64,000 nucleotides of DNA from Histomonas meleagridis 2922-C6/04-290x (GCA_020184695.1 JAANOX010000171.1:26924-90923), one strand, 5' to 3'. Shown: positions 10,901 to 21,980, numbered from the stretch's first letter. Numbers and translations are program-made. Notes: a model not told the origin generated them from the sequence alone.

Positions 10901-13900
10901 ACCAAATTCTAATGACTTTAATGGGATTAAACATTCGGAATTATATTTACTCTTTTTAGTTATATTTAATTCATATAACCTTAAAGCAAATGTATCTGTA
11001 TTAAGACTTCGAGGCTTAAACTTAAAGTATTGATTGAAATATGGATGATTATCACCATTGATAACTCTTGACTTTTGTTTTGTCTTTTGATGATGTCCAA
11101 TGAATTCCATCTTAAATAATGAACTAACATAAGATGAATTAACTTGAGGATCTAATACTTTAGCATCAATTAAATGAACATTAAACATAAGTTGAGGTTC
11201 AGGTGGTAAATATTTAATCTTTAATGGTGCATTGAATGACTTCTTACCAACTGTATCAATATGAATCTTCAAATGCATTTTTCCTTTAGTAGTACCATCT
11301 TTTCTTATTAAATCAAAGTAATCATCATAAACAAAATCTGGTTCAAATTGTGAAAGTGGTACTTCACATTGAGAATATAATTTATTACCTACTTCATTAC
11401 AATAAATTTGTGTAACTAAAATATCTTCTCTTTCATTATTAAGAGTAAATCTATTAACAAGTTCAATTTTAGGTGTATCTGTTGAATCTAATTTCCTTGA
11501 AGAAGATTTAGCAATATCTCCTTTAAGGAAACATTTGAATGATACCTTTGGAAGGAGTTTATCAGCAATATCATAAGCATCATGTGCATTTACAGATACA
11601 TAATGTACTTTAAATTGTTGACTCAAAAATGCTGGTTGATTAAAATCAGTAATTTGTGAAATAATATGTAATTCTCCTCCTCCTTTAACACTCTTCCATT
11701 CATCTTTAACTACACCGAAGCCCATTTCAGTAGCTTTATAATAGAAAGTAGAAAGTTTATCATCTTTTGTAACTTTATCATGATCATAAATATCAATTTC
11801 AAAGATATCTGTATTAATGCTTTGAACTGGGATATGGAATACTTGATTAAATATTGGATTAGATGCATTAGGAATAACACGTGTCATTCCGAGATATCTC
11901 TTATTCTTATTAATTTTCTTTCCTTTGATTCCAGACTTCATTGTATTAAGTGGGAATACTTTACAATAAGCATCAGTATATTTCTTCTTATTAACATCTT
12001 CAATTGGTAAATTACGTGCTTCTTTAATGTAAAAGTGTGCATATCTTTGTGTTGAATTAACAAATGGTACAACTGTTGGTAAATTAAATGTAAACTTAGT
12101 ATTAATTGGTAATATATTAACTAATACTTTAACTTTAGCATTGATTTCTCCTGTTAAATCAATTTCTTTTTCTAATGGTTGACCTGGTTGGAATTCACAT
12201 AATGAAACATAACCTGTTGATACTTGTTTAGCCATTATAACTTTTTCATTCTTATAATGTTCATTTAATACTATTTTAATTTTATCTAATCTTGGATCAA
12301 CTAATACGAATTTAGATTCGAAGTTAAATACACCTGATTCACCTACATTTGATGTAATTGGTTTGTTATCATATTCATGAGAAATTTCACAATAATATTC
12401 TCCTTGTTTTGAAATAGATGTAATATGTGATAATCTGAAATGTGCTTCAAATGGTATAAACGGATTTTGTACATATGGAACATCACCAGTATTAGCTAAA
12501 TGATATAATATATGTAATCTTCCACCTTTATGACCTTTAAATGGTTGCATATCAATCCAACGGTCATTTACTATACCAGGTTCAATAGTTCGTAATAATA
12601 TATTAGTAGAAGATATTGGATCATCTTTCGACATTTTATCTTTATCCATTATTGTAATCTTAAATTCATCAGAATTCAAACTTAAAACTTTAAATCGAAA
12701 GTCTTGATTCCATCTTGGATTAATTGTATTATCAATAATACGAGTCTTTTGTATTGTATCTTTCTTACCAATAAATTCCATAATACAATAAGCATCACTA
12801 CCAGTAGCATCTAATGCAGGAATATCTTTAGCTTCTAATACTTTAACATATAATTCCATTGATTGACATGGAGGTGGTGCAGGTTTAGGTATAGGAACTC
12901 CAGTAAATGGTTGAACTGCTTGATCATCAATATGAACAATTAATCGAATCTTACCTCCATTCTTATACGATTTCTCTGGTACTAAATCATACCATTCATC
13001 ATATACATAACCAAATTGAAAATTAGATAAAGGTAATTCTAATGAAGCAAATGTTACATCTTTAACACTACCTTCATCTTTCATTAATAATTTAAATGAA
13101 TCTCTCATATCAGTAATTAATAACTTATAATTAGCAAACCATTGTGGTGTTAAAGTATTATCTAAGACATTAGTTTTAACTGGAGTAATATCATTAGATA
13201 AATTAAATAAGCAATATGGATCTGTTTTGCTGACATCTGTCTTAGGAATATCCATAGCTTCAGCAATACAAACATTCATTACATATGGCTTAAATGGATT
13301 ATCAACAAATTTAGGTGTATTAGGTGCAGCCAAATGTACAACTAAATGAACCATAGCTTGTGAACCTCTAATATTCATCTTAAGTGGATAATATTTATCT
13401 TCTGGTGTTCCAGAAGGTAAACTCTTAATAGGTAATTCAAGTTTACCAATTTTATCATCTTTACCAAATTTATCATGATCATATAAGTTCAAAACAAATA
13501 CATCAGTAGAATAACTCTTAATTATAAATTCGAATTCTTGATTCCAATTTGGAGTTAAAGTCTTATATTTAATCTCAGTCTTCTTTTCATTCTTTCTCTT
13601 CTTAAGCTTAATTTTACAATATGGATCACACATTCCACTATTATCCATTCCTGGTAAACCTTTAGCATCCAATAATTTAACATATAATGTCATTTGATCA
13701 TTAACAGGTGGTGGTAAACCAATATCAGAGAATGGCATTAAGTTTGGTGCATTTAATTGTGCATAGAATATTAAACTTCCTTTGTTAGATAAAGTAATAA
13801 CTTGAGAAATTGTTTGTCCATATTGAAGTGATTTTAATGGGAATTCTCCAGTACCAATAACTGAAAGCTTATTATTATAAGCATTCTTATGTTCAAATAC

Positions 13901-16900
13901 TAAAACATCTTCTTTAGGATCAGTAACTAAGAAATGGAAATCTTGATTAAACTTAGCATTAAGAGTTTTATCTTTAATTGAACTATTTTGTGAATTTGTA
14001 TCATTCTTAAGTTTCATTGAGAACATTGAATCAACATTCTTATCTTTACATGTAGCATCTTTAACTTCAACAAGACGAACATTTAATTGATAAGGCATAA
14101 ATGGTTGATCAGTATAAGGTACTTGACCAGGTGCAGTAATTTGATATTTCATTTCAAGAGTACCTCCTGTACTATGACCATGTAATGGAGTTAAATCAAA
14201 ATTACCATATTGTGTAATACCTGGTGTAATTGAAGCTAATGGAATATCTATGAATGAAATTCGATCATCTTTACCAGCTTTATCATAATCATAAAGTTCT
14301 ACACGTAATACATCTGATCCATAACTAATTACATTCATTCTAAGTTTTTCATCCCACTTAGGATTAAGTGTATTATCAATTCTACGACTTAATACGAAAT
14401 TCTTTTCTCTTCCTACAAATGAGACTTTACAATATGGATCTGCTTTACCATTAGCATCTACTGATGGGATATTAGTTGCACGAATTAAATGTACTTGAAT
14501 TTCTAGTTTATCGCCTGGTGGTAATGGTGGAGGTGGTACTTCAATACCTTTCCAAGGAGGTGCTCCATAAGGTGCTACATGAACTTTCAAATGAATTTGT
14601 CCTCCTTTCTTAACACCTTTAGAAGGTGTAATATTAAACCATTTATCATAAATATAACCAACTTTAAATTCTGTTAATGGAACTAAAAGTGTACCCATAT
14701 CATCATCTTTTAATTTATCATGATCACGCATTAAAATCTTTAAATAATCTTTTTGATATGATGTAATAAGCATTGAATACATTTCTTCCCAAGTTGGAGA
14801 TAATGTATTATCCTTTGTTTTAGTCTTAATTGGGACTTCATCATCATTAGTACTAATTAAACAATATGGATCACTTGCTGAACCAATATCCATAGCTGGT
14901 AAATCTTTAGCATCTGATACAAAGAGATTTAAGACATAAGGAACAAATGGATTTTGTTGAAATGCTACTTGACCTGCATCAGCAAGATGAATCATTAAAT
15001 GTACAAGTCCTCCTTTTTTAACACCTTTATACGGATGGAAATTAAACCATTGCTCTGTTACAATTCCAGGTTGTAAAGTTGCAACAGGTAAATCTAAATA
15101 ACCAATTTTATCATCTTTACCAATATCATCATGATCAATTAAAGATATTTTTATAGTATCTGTACGAATACTTTTAATTTCTAAATGGAAATCTTGATAC
15201 CAAACAGGATTTAATGTCTTCTTAATAGTCCTAGTTTTAAGTGGTTTTTGTTTCGGACGATTTAAGAACTTAATTTTACAATATGGATCACTTTTACCAT
15301 TTGTATCCATGGCTGGTATATCAGTAGCTTCAATAATTCTAATATTTAATGTTACTTTATCACTTACTTGTTCAATTGGTTGTAAACGTGGTAAACCTGG
15401 GAATGGTTGCTTTCCAAATTCCATTATATTAAATGTCATATTAATTTTAGATTTAGTCTTTGGTAAATCAATACATTTCTCAACATTAGAACCAACTGGG
15501 AAATCAGTTGGAATTAAAATTGATGAAACTTCTTTTTCATTCTTCTTAAGTGAAAACAATGATACTTTAAATTTAAGTCCTTGTTGAGTCATTGGGAAAT
15601 GGAATTCTTCATTCCATTTGTTTTCAGATCTAACACAAGTCGCTTGAAATGCAGAATCATTTTCAAATTGTAATCTAAAGTATGATTCTTCACCAACACT
15701 TTTACCATCTTTAACACGAACATGTAAAACTGGATAAGTATATAAACTTTCGACAAATGGTTGATCTTGTTTTCTTGCAAGATGTAACATAACATTTAAT
15801 TTACCGTTCATTTGACTTGAAGAACCGACAATACAAAATTCGAATTCTCTTGATTGACCTGGAATTAAAGTTCTAATTGGAACTTCAACAAATCCAATTT
15901 TATCATCTCGTGATCCAATATCATGATCTTTAACAACAATTGATAAAATATCTGATGATAAACTCAAAACATTTAATGCAAAGAATTCATTCCAAAATGG
16001 ATATAAATCACTTTCTACAACTGTTGTTCTTTTTTCACCTTTTTGTCCTTTGATTGATAAAATACAATATGCATCACAATAACCATTTGTATCCATTGGT
16101 GGTAAATCAACAGCATTCATTATACCAACATAAAGTGTATAACCTTTATCAAATGGCTTTAATTGTTCTTGTGGCTTTTGTGAACCTGCTTTTTGATTCT
16201 TTGGCTTCCTCTTATACATATAATATTTAGATGGATGAAGTGGATTAAATGTCATTCCTGTAAATGGTTGTTGTCCAAATGGAAGTGCTTGAAGGAAAAT
16301 ATGAACTTTTCCTGCATAATCTAATCCTTTAGCTGGCGTCATATCGATCCAATATTCTTTTGGTAATCCATCAACTAATGGTTGTAAGTTAAGTTCTGTT
16401 GTCCCAATTAATTTCTCTGTTGCAACATCTTTATCAAGTAATTCAATTTGAAGTTTCTCCTTTGCTAAATCAAAGCCAATGAAAGTCATTCGTTCATTCC
16501 AAAATGGCCAAAATGTGTTTTCAATAACAGATGTCTTTTGCCAACGATGACTATGATTTAATTTTAATTTACAAAAAGGATCTGACTTTCCGAATGTATC
16601 CATTTTTTCAATATCAGCACCTTCAACAACTTGCGCAAATAAGTTAAACATAGAAAATGGTGAATGTGTAAATGGAATTGCTCCTGGATATGTGATATGA
16701 TAAATAACACGAATTGAACCCGTTTCTTTCCCATCTTTCTTAATTGGAATCCAACCATCCATAACTTGTCCATATCCCATAGATGTTGCGATTAAACTTG
16801 CCTTTCCTATTAAATCATCTTTTCCTAATGCATCATGATCATAAACATCAAATACAAATTGTGATTCACCTATGTTTTGGATGTCAAATACAAATAATTG

Positions 16901-17851
16901 ATCCCATCGTGGATCATTGCAATGTGGCTTAACTCGAGTTTTTTGCTTGTTGCTTTCGTTTGAACGATCATAAATAACACAATATGGGTCAGACGTACCT
17001 GAAATGTCAAGTCCCTTCAGACCACGGCCAGAAATAACACGAATGTATGCCTGAAGACATGGTGCAGGTGGAAGTGGATCATATTGTTCACCAGTGAATG
17101 GTACTGTTTGTGGTGTTGTGAAATGAATTGCAAGACGTATTTTGCCAACTTTACTACCTTTGGATGTTACAAGATCAAACCATGTTTTGGTAACTTGGTT
17201 AAATTGAATATCTTTTAACTTTATAAGAGTTTGTGGAGAATCACTAACTCCATTTAATGTAAGTGATAATTCTGAGTTTAATGTGTTTGTAACAAAACAA
17301 AACTCTTCTTCCCAAACCACTTTGTTTGAAGGCTTAACAGATGACGTTTTTTGGGTGCCTTTGTTGCCGGCTGAAAGAGTACAAAAAAGTTTAGAGGATG
17401 GCTTTTGGTCAAGAGTTGCTTCAATGACACGAACGTATGACAGGTATACATTAAATAGTCTAGGAACAAAAGGTTGATCAACTTCTTCTGCAAGATGTGT
17501 AATAATGTGAATCTTTGGAACTTTGGATGTAACCATTGTCTTGCAGAGATCATACCACTGTTCTAACACTTGACCAGGTGTCAAAAATTTGGGTGCAATT
17601 TGTAGATATCCAATTTTATCATCCCTGCCAACTTTGTCATGATCGAACAAATCTATGATCAGAAGATCTGTTTCGAAATTATTGATATAGAAATGGAAAT
17701 CATTTCTCCATTTTGGAGTTAATGAATTTTCGATAGTTCTTGTTTTTCCCTTTTGATCCCCCATCCTTAGAGCACAGTATCCATCACATGTCGTAACTGC
17801 GTCTACAACAGGAAGATCTTTTGCCTCAATTATCTTTACATGGAGCAGCAT
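7949..17851 (-). CDS. Giant multi-C2-domain protein (~24 tandem C2 domains, no transmembrane segment seen)
   Basis: 3300-aa uninterrupted ORF; repeated L.V.IIEA.DL..MD..G.SDPYC...W.Q.F.F...D.L...D.D...KDD.IG units, 24 domain starts counted. Confidence 0.9.
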   Translation of the reverse strand: MLLHVKIIEAKDLPVVDAVTTCDGYCALRMGDQKGKTRTIENSLTPKWRNDFHFYINNFETDLLIIDLFDHDKVGRDDKIGYLQIAPKFLTPGQVLEQWYDLCKTMVTSKVPKIHIITHLAEEVDQPFVPRLFNVYLSYVRVIEATLDQKPSSKLFCTLSAGNKGTQKTSSVKPSNKVVWEEEFCFVTNTLNSELSLTLNGVSDSPQTLIKLKDIQFNQVTKTWFDLVTSKGSKVGKIRLAIHFTTPQTVPFTGEQYDPLPPAPCLQAYIRVISGRGLKGLDISGTSDPYCVIYDRSNESNKQKTRVKPHCNDPRWDQLFVFDIQNIGESQFVFDVYDHDALGKDDLIGKASLIATSMGYGQVMDGWIPIKKDGKETGSIRVIYHITYPGAIPFTHSPFSMFNLFAQVVEGADIEKMDTFGKSDPFCKLKLNHSHRWQKTSVIENTFWPFWNERMTFIGFDLAKEKLQIELLDKDVATEKLIGTTELNLQPLVDGLPKEYWIDMTPAKGLDYAGKVHIFLQALPFGQQPFTGMTFNPLHPSKYYMYKRKPKNQKAGSQKPQEQLKPFDKGYTLYVGIMNAVDLPPMDTNGYCDAYCILSIKGQKGEKRTTVVESDLYPFWNEFFALNVLSLSSDILSIVVKDHDIGSRDDKIGFVEVPIRTLIPGQSREFEFCIVGSSSQMNGKLNVMLHLARKQDQPFVESLYTYPVLHVRVKDGKSVGEESYFRLQFENDSAFQATCVRSENKWNEEFHFPMTQQGLKFKVSLFSLKKNEKEVSSILIPTDFPVGSNVEKCIDLPKTKSKINMTFNIMEFGKQPFPGLPRLQPIEQVSDKVTLNIRIIEATDIPAMDTNGKSDPYCKIKFLNRPKQKPLKTRTIKKTLNPVWYQDFHLEIKSIRTDTIKISLIDHDDIGKDDKIGYLDLPVATLQPGIVTEQWFNFHPYKGVKKGGLVHLMIHLADAGQVAFQQNPFVPYVLNLFVSDAKDLPAMDIGSASDPYCLISTNDDEVPIKTKTKDNTLSPTWEEMYSMLITSYQKDYLKILMRDHDKLKDDDMGTLLVPLTEFKVGYIYDKWFNITPSKGVKKGGQIHLKVHVAPYGAPPWKGIEVPPPPLPPGDKLEIQVHLIRATNIPSVDANGKADPYCKVSFVGREKNFVLSRRIDNTLNPKWDEKLRMNVISYGSDVLRVELYDYDKAGKDDRISFIDIPLASITPGITQYGNFDLTPLHGHSTGGTLEMKYQITAPGQVPYTDQPFMPYQLNVRLVEVKDATCKDKNVDSMFSMKLKNDTNSQNSSIKDKTLNAKFNQDFHFLVTDPKEDVLVFEHKNAYNNKLSVIGTGEFPLKSLQYGQTISQVITLSNKGSLIFYAQLNAPNLMPFSDIGLPPPVNDQMTLYVKLLDAKGLPGMDNSGMCDPYCKIKLKKRKNEKKTEIKYKTLTPNWNQEFEFIIKSYSTDVFVLNLYDHDKFGKDDKIGKLELPIKSLPSGTPEDKYYPLKMNIRGSQAMVHLVVHLAAPNTPKFVDNPFKPYVMNVCIAEAMDIPKTDVSKTDPYCLFNLSNDITPVKTNVLDNTLTPQWFANYKLLITDMRDSFKLLMKDEGSVKDVTFASLELPLSNFQFGYVYDEWYDLVPEKSYKNGGKIRLIVHIDDQAVQPFTGVPIPKPAPPPCQSMELYVKVLEAKDIPALDATGSDAYCIMEFIGKKDTIQKTRIIDNTINPRWNQDFRFKVLSLNSDEFKITIMDKDKMSKDDPISSTNILLRTIEPGIVNDRWIDMQPFKGHKGGRLHILYHLANTGDVPYVQNPFIPFEAHFRLSHITSISKQGEYYCEISHEYDNKPITSNVGESGVFNFESKFVLVDPRLDKIKIVLNEHYKNEKVIMAKQVSTGYVSLCEFQPGQPLEKEIDLTGEINAKVKVLVNILPINTKFTFNLPTVVPFVNSTQRYAHFYIKEARNLPIEDVNKKKYTDAYCKVFPLNTMKSGIKGKKINKNKRYLGMTRVIPNASNPIFNQVFHIPVQSINTDIFEIDIYDHDKVTKDDKLSTFYYKATEMGFGVVKDEWKSVKGGGELHIISQITDFNQPAFLSQQFKVHYVSVNAHDAYDIADKLLPKVSFKCFLKGDIAKSSSRKLDSTDTPKIELVNRFTLNNEREDILVTQIYCNEVGNKLYSQCEVPLSQFEPDFVYDDYFDLIRKDGTTKGKMHLKIHIDTVGKKSFNAPLKIKYLPPEPQLMFNVHLIDAKVLDPQVNSSYVSSLFKMEFIGHHQKTKQKSRVINGDNHPYFNQYFKFKPRSLNTDTFALRLYELNITKKSKYNSECLIPLKSLEFGKVYSKWVDLYHYKPGHADKRGEVQIRYQLTAANETPFIEKLFKPLMLHFHLSSMVDPKETENDMFFHVQLKKDIYGVSTINQPIQIWEENFPIFLTDTSKDKLLLTAYEIPRPLKEKKEPKKVFDTIIPIDKMQFGQITDLSNDKVKCFGQILNMGQEAFIDYQFGQPPPPQVFEKLMLHLHLIEAVNLPVCDVNRSSDPYCEIKLRHRKNTKLYSPVIRKTLNPQWNYVSHIPIQCLDDDVAKITIRDYDVVTKDEKIGEIIIPTKSLSNGQIEDKWYNLKQGKVHIRSHITGPGMVPFVPHPLQLYQLHLKINEAILEKRASDVVSKYDPLVHAKLNGITLTSVKTRYLSDTSAPQWYETFTVLLNDPQLDLLTLELRDYAPPTTRLISEKSFKLSEFQIGKTYSDWYTMDNNKDKINIRLQVVPYGTEPFLDFREEVIQMMNPNLTLYIKVIEGINIASKDSGGNASDAYCTIETLSGKKFKTRTIDNSKNPKWNQYFNIEINGYATDSVKISVYDHDTASKDDLIGYIELPINILACGVPEDKTYILTPAKGFSKAGQIHLITHLAAPGKMSFVNDPFVPLMLNVRAITQQPIKELDEPYIMMQVKGDIIPQCSSIRNQIADDFHFLMAPIENKLQLCLMNHSMKKKDTKVTEPILIDLNGMEFNNVYDNDVSFGVYGSVKLQYQITTVGAQAFNAIPLMPTEAPEMQVHLHILEGSRIIMENNRMSYCIVKLRKQKNSKKFMTRIASNGQFNDMMSLNVISLNTDEVKIQLMEHVPDKEDKNVAKAMIPLINIKFGAVSDERYQFSGNKGEIHIISHLTFPMQKPFVPQPFEPLSLQVIVVEAVNCPRVDKLSKNDTYCRIQLENDIRYQTTRTKGDTQSPQWFESFNLYLTDQSKDVLVLRLADKNPKFDKVFAELKLPLKDLQIGRPLIGWYRTTPLSGFKKGGVLNVAILIQTYGTPPVNPDSLTYDSIPEELLK

Positions 17852-18303
17852 GCTGCTAAATGACCTGACAACAACCGCCCCAACGTGCTTTCAAAGTGAA
17901 AAAATTCAAAGTCAATTTTTGAACAATACATTCAAAAATACTGACTTTTTCAGTATAATTTTTTCAGAGAAAGTAGTCAAACAAGAAAAATCGGCTATCA
18001 AAAAGCCAGGTTTATAACGGGCGTAAAATCAAACGACCAAAATAAATCATCTTGGCTATCAATTTCATATTATCATATTAAAAACTATCCTATATGAAAT
18101 TTTATTCATGAGCCTTCACAAAAACAATAAATTTCTCTTAATAACTTTGATTTGCTTATTCGCAATATGAAGCCAATTAAAGACATCAAGAAATATGGTA
18201 AAAATCGACTCATTATCAAATGTATTTTTTTTAGAAAGTAGTTAACCAAAAACATTTCAAGTTTCTCTAATAAAAATATTTATTTAAAACAATTGTTTGA
18301 GAA

Positions 18304-19542
18304 TTACTCTTCAAAAGGCAGCACTTTAATTTGATCTGGATACAAATAATCATCTGAAAAGTCATAATTTTCTTCGTTTACCAGCAAATCATCAGGTGTC
18401 AGTATGACTTCTTCACTTTCATTATCGTTTTCATCATCAGAAATTTCATCGAATTCGTCTTCTCTTTCATAATAAACTTCATTAAACCGCATTAACTTAT
18501 CTTCGGGAACACTTTCCATCATTCTAAAGCGAATTGAAGTTGCCCATTTGTAAATCGAATCTTTACATCTTGCGAAAACGACAGGTTGCAAAGGATGGAA
18601 CATTAAATGAAATATAGGCTGATTTAATCCATGAAAAACGTTTGTTATAATTCCCGTAAAAACGTTATAAGCAACAAATGACTGTGGTGTATATATTCTT
18701 GATGCAAGTAAAACATGTTCATCATTTCGATCAAATGCTGCTGTCGAATATTTTATGTTATTAACTCTGTCTGAAAACGTAAAACAAATTATACCAGTCT
18801 CTGTGTTTAAAAGTCGACCTGTTCCAGATTTATCTAGAATAATAAGAAACTTATCGTTGTGTGACAGACCGATAGAGGTTATCGTACGGCACTTTTCATC
18901 GGTGGGTTCGAACGATTGAATTTCATTGAAACCTTTTGGATTGAATACTTTGATGTTTAGGTATAATGTTGAAGAGAAGAAAAGAACTGATTTGTTTGTC
19001 CATGTTGCAGATGTAAAGTCCCCTGGAACTTGTACCAAACTTGAATTTTGCTGGTCATATAAATATAAAGAATTATTATCAAGAAGAATTAATATTAAGG
19101 GTAATGCTTTAGGACTGTATTGAATATATGTTATTGGGTGATCAAACTTGTATTGATATACGATCGTTTTTGTGATGATAGAATGTACGATAAAATCTCC
19201 ATTTTTATCACCAGATGCAATAAATTGTGTATCTCTGGAAAATGAGAGAGAAGTTACCTCCTTAGAGTGTACCTTAAAATACCTCTTGTTGTCAAAAGAT
19301 CTGGAATCACAAACAAGTATTTTCCCAGTATAATAACCAATCCCAAAAATATTCCCATGGAAGCTCAAACACGATGATGTTACGCGCTTATTAAATTGGT
19401 GTACTATTTCTGCGGAGCGATCAGGAAGATCTGTGAACTTATCATCAAGGAGTGACTTGAGCGCCATTATTTCATATAGTATGTCCGCAAAAGTGTCATG
19501 AGAGCGTTTAGGATGTAAACATTTCAAAATCTGCAAAATCAT
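18304..19542 (-). CDS. RBBP5: RBBP5/Swd1-like WD40 subunit of the COMPASS H3K4 methyltransferase complex (probable start ATG at 19467)
   Basis: WD40 repeats (VHSKEVTSLSFSRD, GLNQPIFHLMFHP) followed by the RBBP5-type NEVYYEREDEFD motif and an acidic tail. Confidence 0.7.
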   Translation of the reverse strand: MILQILKCLHPKRSHDTFADILYEIMALKSLLDDKFTDLPDRSAEIVHQFNKRVTSSCLSFHGNIFGIGYYTGKILVCDSRSFDNKRYFKVHSKEVTSLSFSRDTQFIASGDKNGDFIVHSIITKTIVYQYKFDHPITYIQYSPKALPLILILLDNNSLYLYDQQNSSLVQVPGDFTSATWTNKSVLFFSSTLYLNIKVFNPKGFNEIQSFEPTDEKCRTITSIGLSHNDKFLIILDKSGTGRLLNTETGIICFTFSDRVNNIKYSTAAFDRNDEHVLLASRIYTPQSFVAYNVFTGIITNVFHGLNQPIFHLMFHPLQPVVFARCKDSIYKWATSIRFRMMESVPEDKLMRFNEVYYEREDEFDEISDDENDNESEEVILTPDDLLVNEENYDFSDDYLYPDQIKVLPFEE

Positions 19543-20257
19543 TTTTATGAATCATTGGTAACTGATTATTAGTGAGAATAGCAATATAAAAATGATCATA
19601 TTTGATTAGATAATAATGTGAATATGTTCAATGCATAATATAAGCATTTTTTTGTTTGTAAGCGCAGAACGTTCTTTAACCACCAACAACGCTGTTTCTG
19701 ACCATATTCAATTTATGCTTTTTGAGAACTTAAAATGCGATCATTCCATTCAATTTGAATGATAATGGAATAACCGTTAAATCGTGTGGCAAAAATTATT
19801 GGTAAAAGTTCATTTGATACATCATTAAAATCATGTCAAGCCTTAAATTTTTTAGATTTTTTTATATATATTAATTAGTGGTCGAATTGTTATTTGAACG
19901 TATCTATAAATACTTTAATTTTCCACTAAATTATAAGCAATTTTTAATCTATACCCAACTTTAACTCATTTGAAACATGCTCCATCGTATATCACTTTTT
20001 GATGTTATTGAGAAGGTAAATGATTTCCTCTTCATACACAAAATATTATATGAATATTCACAATTTCATGATTTGACTGAGTTTTAACACGGCTGTTTTA
20101 TTGTTTTCAATCATCCACAATTGAATACCAACGCCTCCTTTTCTTTGAAAACCTTCTTTTTTTCTGTGGTTTACATTACAACAAACTTTATTGAGCCATT
20201 CACCAATTCAAACTTTGAGCCGAAAAAAACGTTAAATCTTAAAATCCCAAACTGTAT

Positions 20258-21454
20258 ATGTCCAACGATTCCATCCCGAAAGCCATTCGGCAATACCAAA
20301 TGCAAGAAATATTGGGAAAGGGCTCGTTTTCGGTCGTTTGCAAAGTTCTAAACGTCTTAAATCAGAAACAATATGCTTGCAAGATATTTTCAAGAGATAG
20401 AATTACAGAGAAAAGTGATCTAGACAGATTCCAGCGTGAGATTAATGCAATGGCATTCATTCGTCATGAAAACATAGTTACATTACATGATTTTTTCTGG
20501 GACGACCACAATTTTTATTTAATTATGGATCTTTGTCCTGGCGGCGAACTTTATCAATATATGGTCACCCACGGAAAATTTTCTGAACCTGATGCAGCTC
20601 TTATATTCCGACAATTTGCATCTGCCATTGCATGTTGTCATGCATATGGAGTTGCACACAGAGATCTCAAACCAGAGAACATCCTTATCGATGTCTTTCC
20701 ACGGGTTAAAGTGAGTGACTTTGGTTTATGCGGCTATATAGCCAAAGAAATCAATATGCAAACCTTTTGTGGTTCACCATGTTATTGTAGTCCTGAGTGT
20801 CTTTGTAAAGTTTCATATGATGGCCGACTCGCAGATGTGTGGAGTCTTGGTGTCATTTTATATACAATGGTTACTGGAAATAATCCATGGAACATATCAA
20901 ACACATCGATTATGATCCATCAGATCCTTAAAGGTTCATATACTATCCCTCGTTACGTCTCAGAGCAGTGCTCAAACCTCATCAAAATGATGCTGCAGGT
21001 TAACCCCCAAAACCGTTTTACGATGGCGCAAGTTTTGGAGCACCCCTGGATCCGACTTGGTGATCAATCAGAATATGCAGCCCAGGAGCATCCACCCGAA
21101 TCTCCTGGTAGTAGTGAATGTTGCACTGAACCAATTCCACTTTCAATTATCTCACAGCTTTCGAAGAAACAAAGTCAAGTTTCACATGACGGAATATTTT
21201 CACCATTTGAAGATGAAGGAATTGGAAACAATGAAATACCAAAGTTGGCAGTACCGAAGTTATGCTTAAAGGATGGGACACTTGGGAAAGTTCGATCGGA
21301 AAATATGCAAAGAAGAGTTGTCATACAAAACCCAAAAAAAAGAAGCACAAGAAGTACACAGTCAAGACAAAACGTTGTGCAATTGCTGATGCCAAAGGGA
21401 TATGTGGCGCCAAGGAAAAATAGTTTGCCAAAAATATTACATACGTTCGCATAG
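20258..21454 (+). CDS. CAMK-group (AMPK/SNF1-like) Ser/Thr protein kinase
   Basis: GKGSFS, YACK, HRDLKPEN, DFG, TFCGSPCYCSPE, DVWSLG; basic low-complexity C-tail. Confidence 0.9.
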   Translation: MSNDSIPKAIRQYQMQEILGKGSFSVVCKVLNVLNQKQYACKIFSRDRITEKSDLDRFQREINAMAFIRHENIVTLHDFFWDDHNFYLIMDLCPGGELYQYMVTHGKFSEPDAALIFRQFASAIACCHAYGVAHRDLKPENILIDVFPRVKVSDFGLCGYIAKEINMQTFCGSPCYCSPECLCKVSYDGRLADVWSLGVILYTMVTGNNPWNISNTSIMIHQILKGSYTIPRYVSEQCSNLIKMMLQVNPQNRFTMAQVLEHPWIRLGDQSEYAAQEHPPESPGSSECCTEPIPLSIISQLSKKQSQVSHDGIFSPFEDEGIGNNEIPKLAVPKLCLKDGTLGKVRSENMQRRVVIQNPKKRSTRSTQSRQNVVQLLMPKGYVAPRKNSLPKILHTFA

Positions 21455-21534
21455 AATTAGAAATTTTTGTTTTGTAAATAAACGTAGAATGAAACGGAAA
21501 TTGAACTCACTTGTGATCGATGTTTTATATGGAA

Positions 21535-21980
21535 GATAAACATAAAATGTGAATGATCACCAATTTGGATAAACATAAAATGTGAATGATCACCAATTTG
21601 GATAAACATAAAATGTGAATGATCACCAATTTGGATAAACATAAAATGTGAATGATCACCAATTTGGATAAACATAAAATGTGAATGATCACCAATTTGG
21701 ATAAACATAAAATGTGATTGATCACCATTTGGATAAACATAAAATGTGAATGATCACCAATTTGGATAAACATAAAATGTGAATGATCACCAATTTGGAT
21801 AAACATTAAATGTGATTGATCACCATTTGGATAAACATAAAATGTGAATGATCACCAATTTGGATAAACATAAAATGTGAATGATCACCAATTTGGATAA
21901 ACATAAAATGTGAATGATCACCAATTTGGATAAACATAAAAATGTGATTGATCACCAATTTGGATAAACATAAAATGTGA
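21535..21980. repeat. 33-bp minisatellite, ~13.5 tandem copies
   Basis: Unit GATAAACATAAAATGTGAATGATCACCAATTTG repeated head-to-tail with no spacers; variant units (GTGATTGATC) at copies 6, 9 and 13. Confidence 0.97.

Noticed and set aside
21535-21980. CRISPR array
   Set aside because: Units are contiguous with no unique spacers, the context is eukaryotic, and no cas genes are present; it is a minisatellite. The ORFs across it are repeat artefacts.
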